The notes under the pieces were generated by a model. The model worked only from the letters and a program-made list of their open reading frames with translations. It did no database searches and had not been told where the DNA came from. The position numbers were made by a program, and so were the translations under genes. Below, in pieces: positions 41,474-41,614 of a DNA stretch of 41,614 nt (its first letter is position 1; each line of letters starts with the position of its first letter). Source of the DNA: an uncultured Oscillochloris sp. (lineage in GTDB: Bacteria > Chloroflexota > Chloroflexia > Chloroflexales > Chloroflexaceae); the NCBI GenBank assembly GCA_903877945.1, contig CAIRFY010000323.1, forward strand, positions 1 through 41,614, read 5' to 3'.

Positions 41474-41614
41474 TTTCCGTCACGCTGAGCGCAGCGACTG
41501 GTAGTAATTTCCGTCACGCTGAGCGCAGCGACTGGTAGTAATTTCCGTCACGCTGAGCGCAGCGATTGGTAGTAATTTCCGTCACGCTGAGCGCAGCGAT
41601 TGGTAGTAATTTCC
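41462..41614. repeat. 34-bp tandem repeat x at least 4.5, running off the window end
   Basis: ga(c/t)tgg(c/t)agtaatttccgtcacgctgagcgcagc at 41462, 41496, 41530, 41564 and 41598. Confidence 0.95.

Noticed and set aside
41462-41614. CRISPR array
   Set aside because: Units are contiguous and near-identical with no unique spacers; no cas genes in the window.

Overview
GC-rich bacterial window; gene content and repeat families suggest Chloroflexota (inference). It begins and ends inside repeats, so it may be a whole contig. Left to right: (1) a minus-strand PepSY / Pro-Ala-rich / MsrQ-like ferric-reductase operon divergent from an OmpR-family two-component pair whose kinase has a PepSY sensor domain; (2) a more AT-rich, translationally coupled three-gene operon (5.9-15.9 kb): a DruA(DUF4338)-like domain fused to a DptF/MAD6-C-like P-loop ATPase, a DptG/MAD7-sized protein, and a 1596-aa PD-(D/E)XK + HerA-type ATPase (DptH/MAD8-like). 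It has no adjacent methylase, dnd genes or druE, and is the best candidate for an undescribed defence system; (3) housekeeping and signalling genes (GT-C glycosyltransferase, M1 peptidase, DUF4013, CDP-alcohol phosphatidyltransferase, diguanylate cyclase, hybrid kinase); (4) three tRNAs (Ser-GCT, Ser-TGA, Trp-CCA), each with its own sigma70-like promoter; (5) a defence-island-like region with a 1200-aa protein carrying an apparently inactive TnsB/Mu-transposase-like core, a helicase-gene remnant, a CHAT-NTPase-TPR protein, type I R-M hsdR and hsdM, an ATPase/DUF4276 pair, and two small GIY-YIG genes associated with REP-like palindromes and tandem arrays. All family assignments come from motif recognition by eye; no searches were run.
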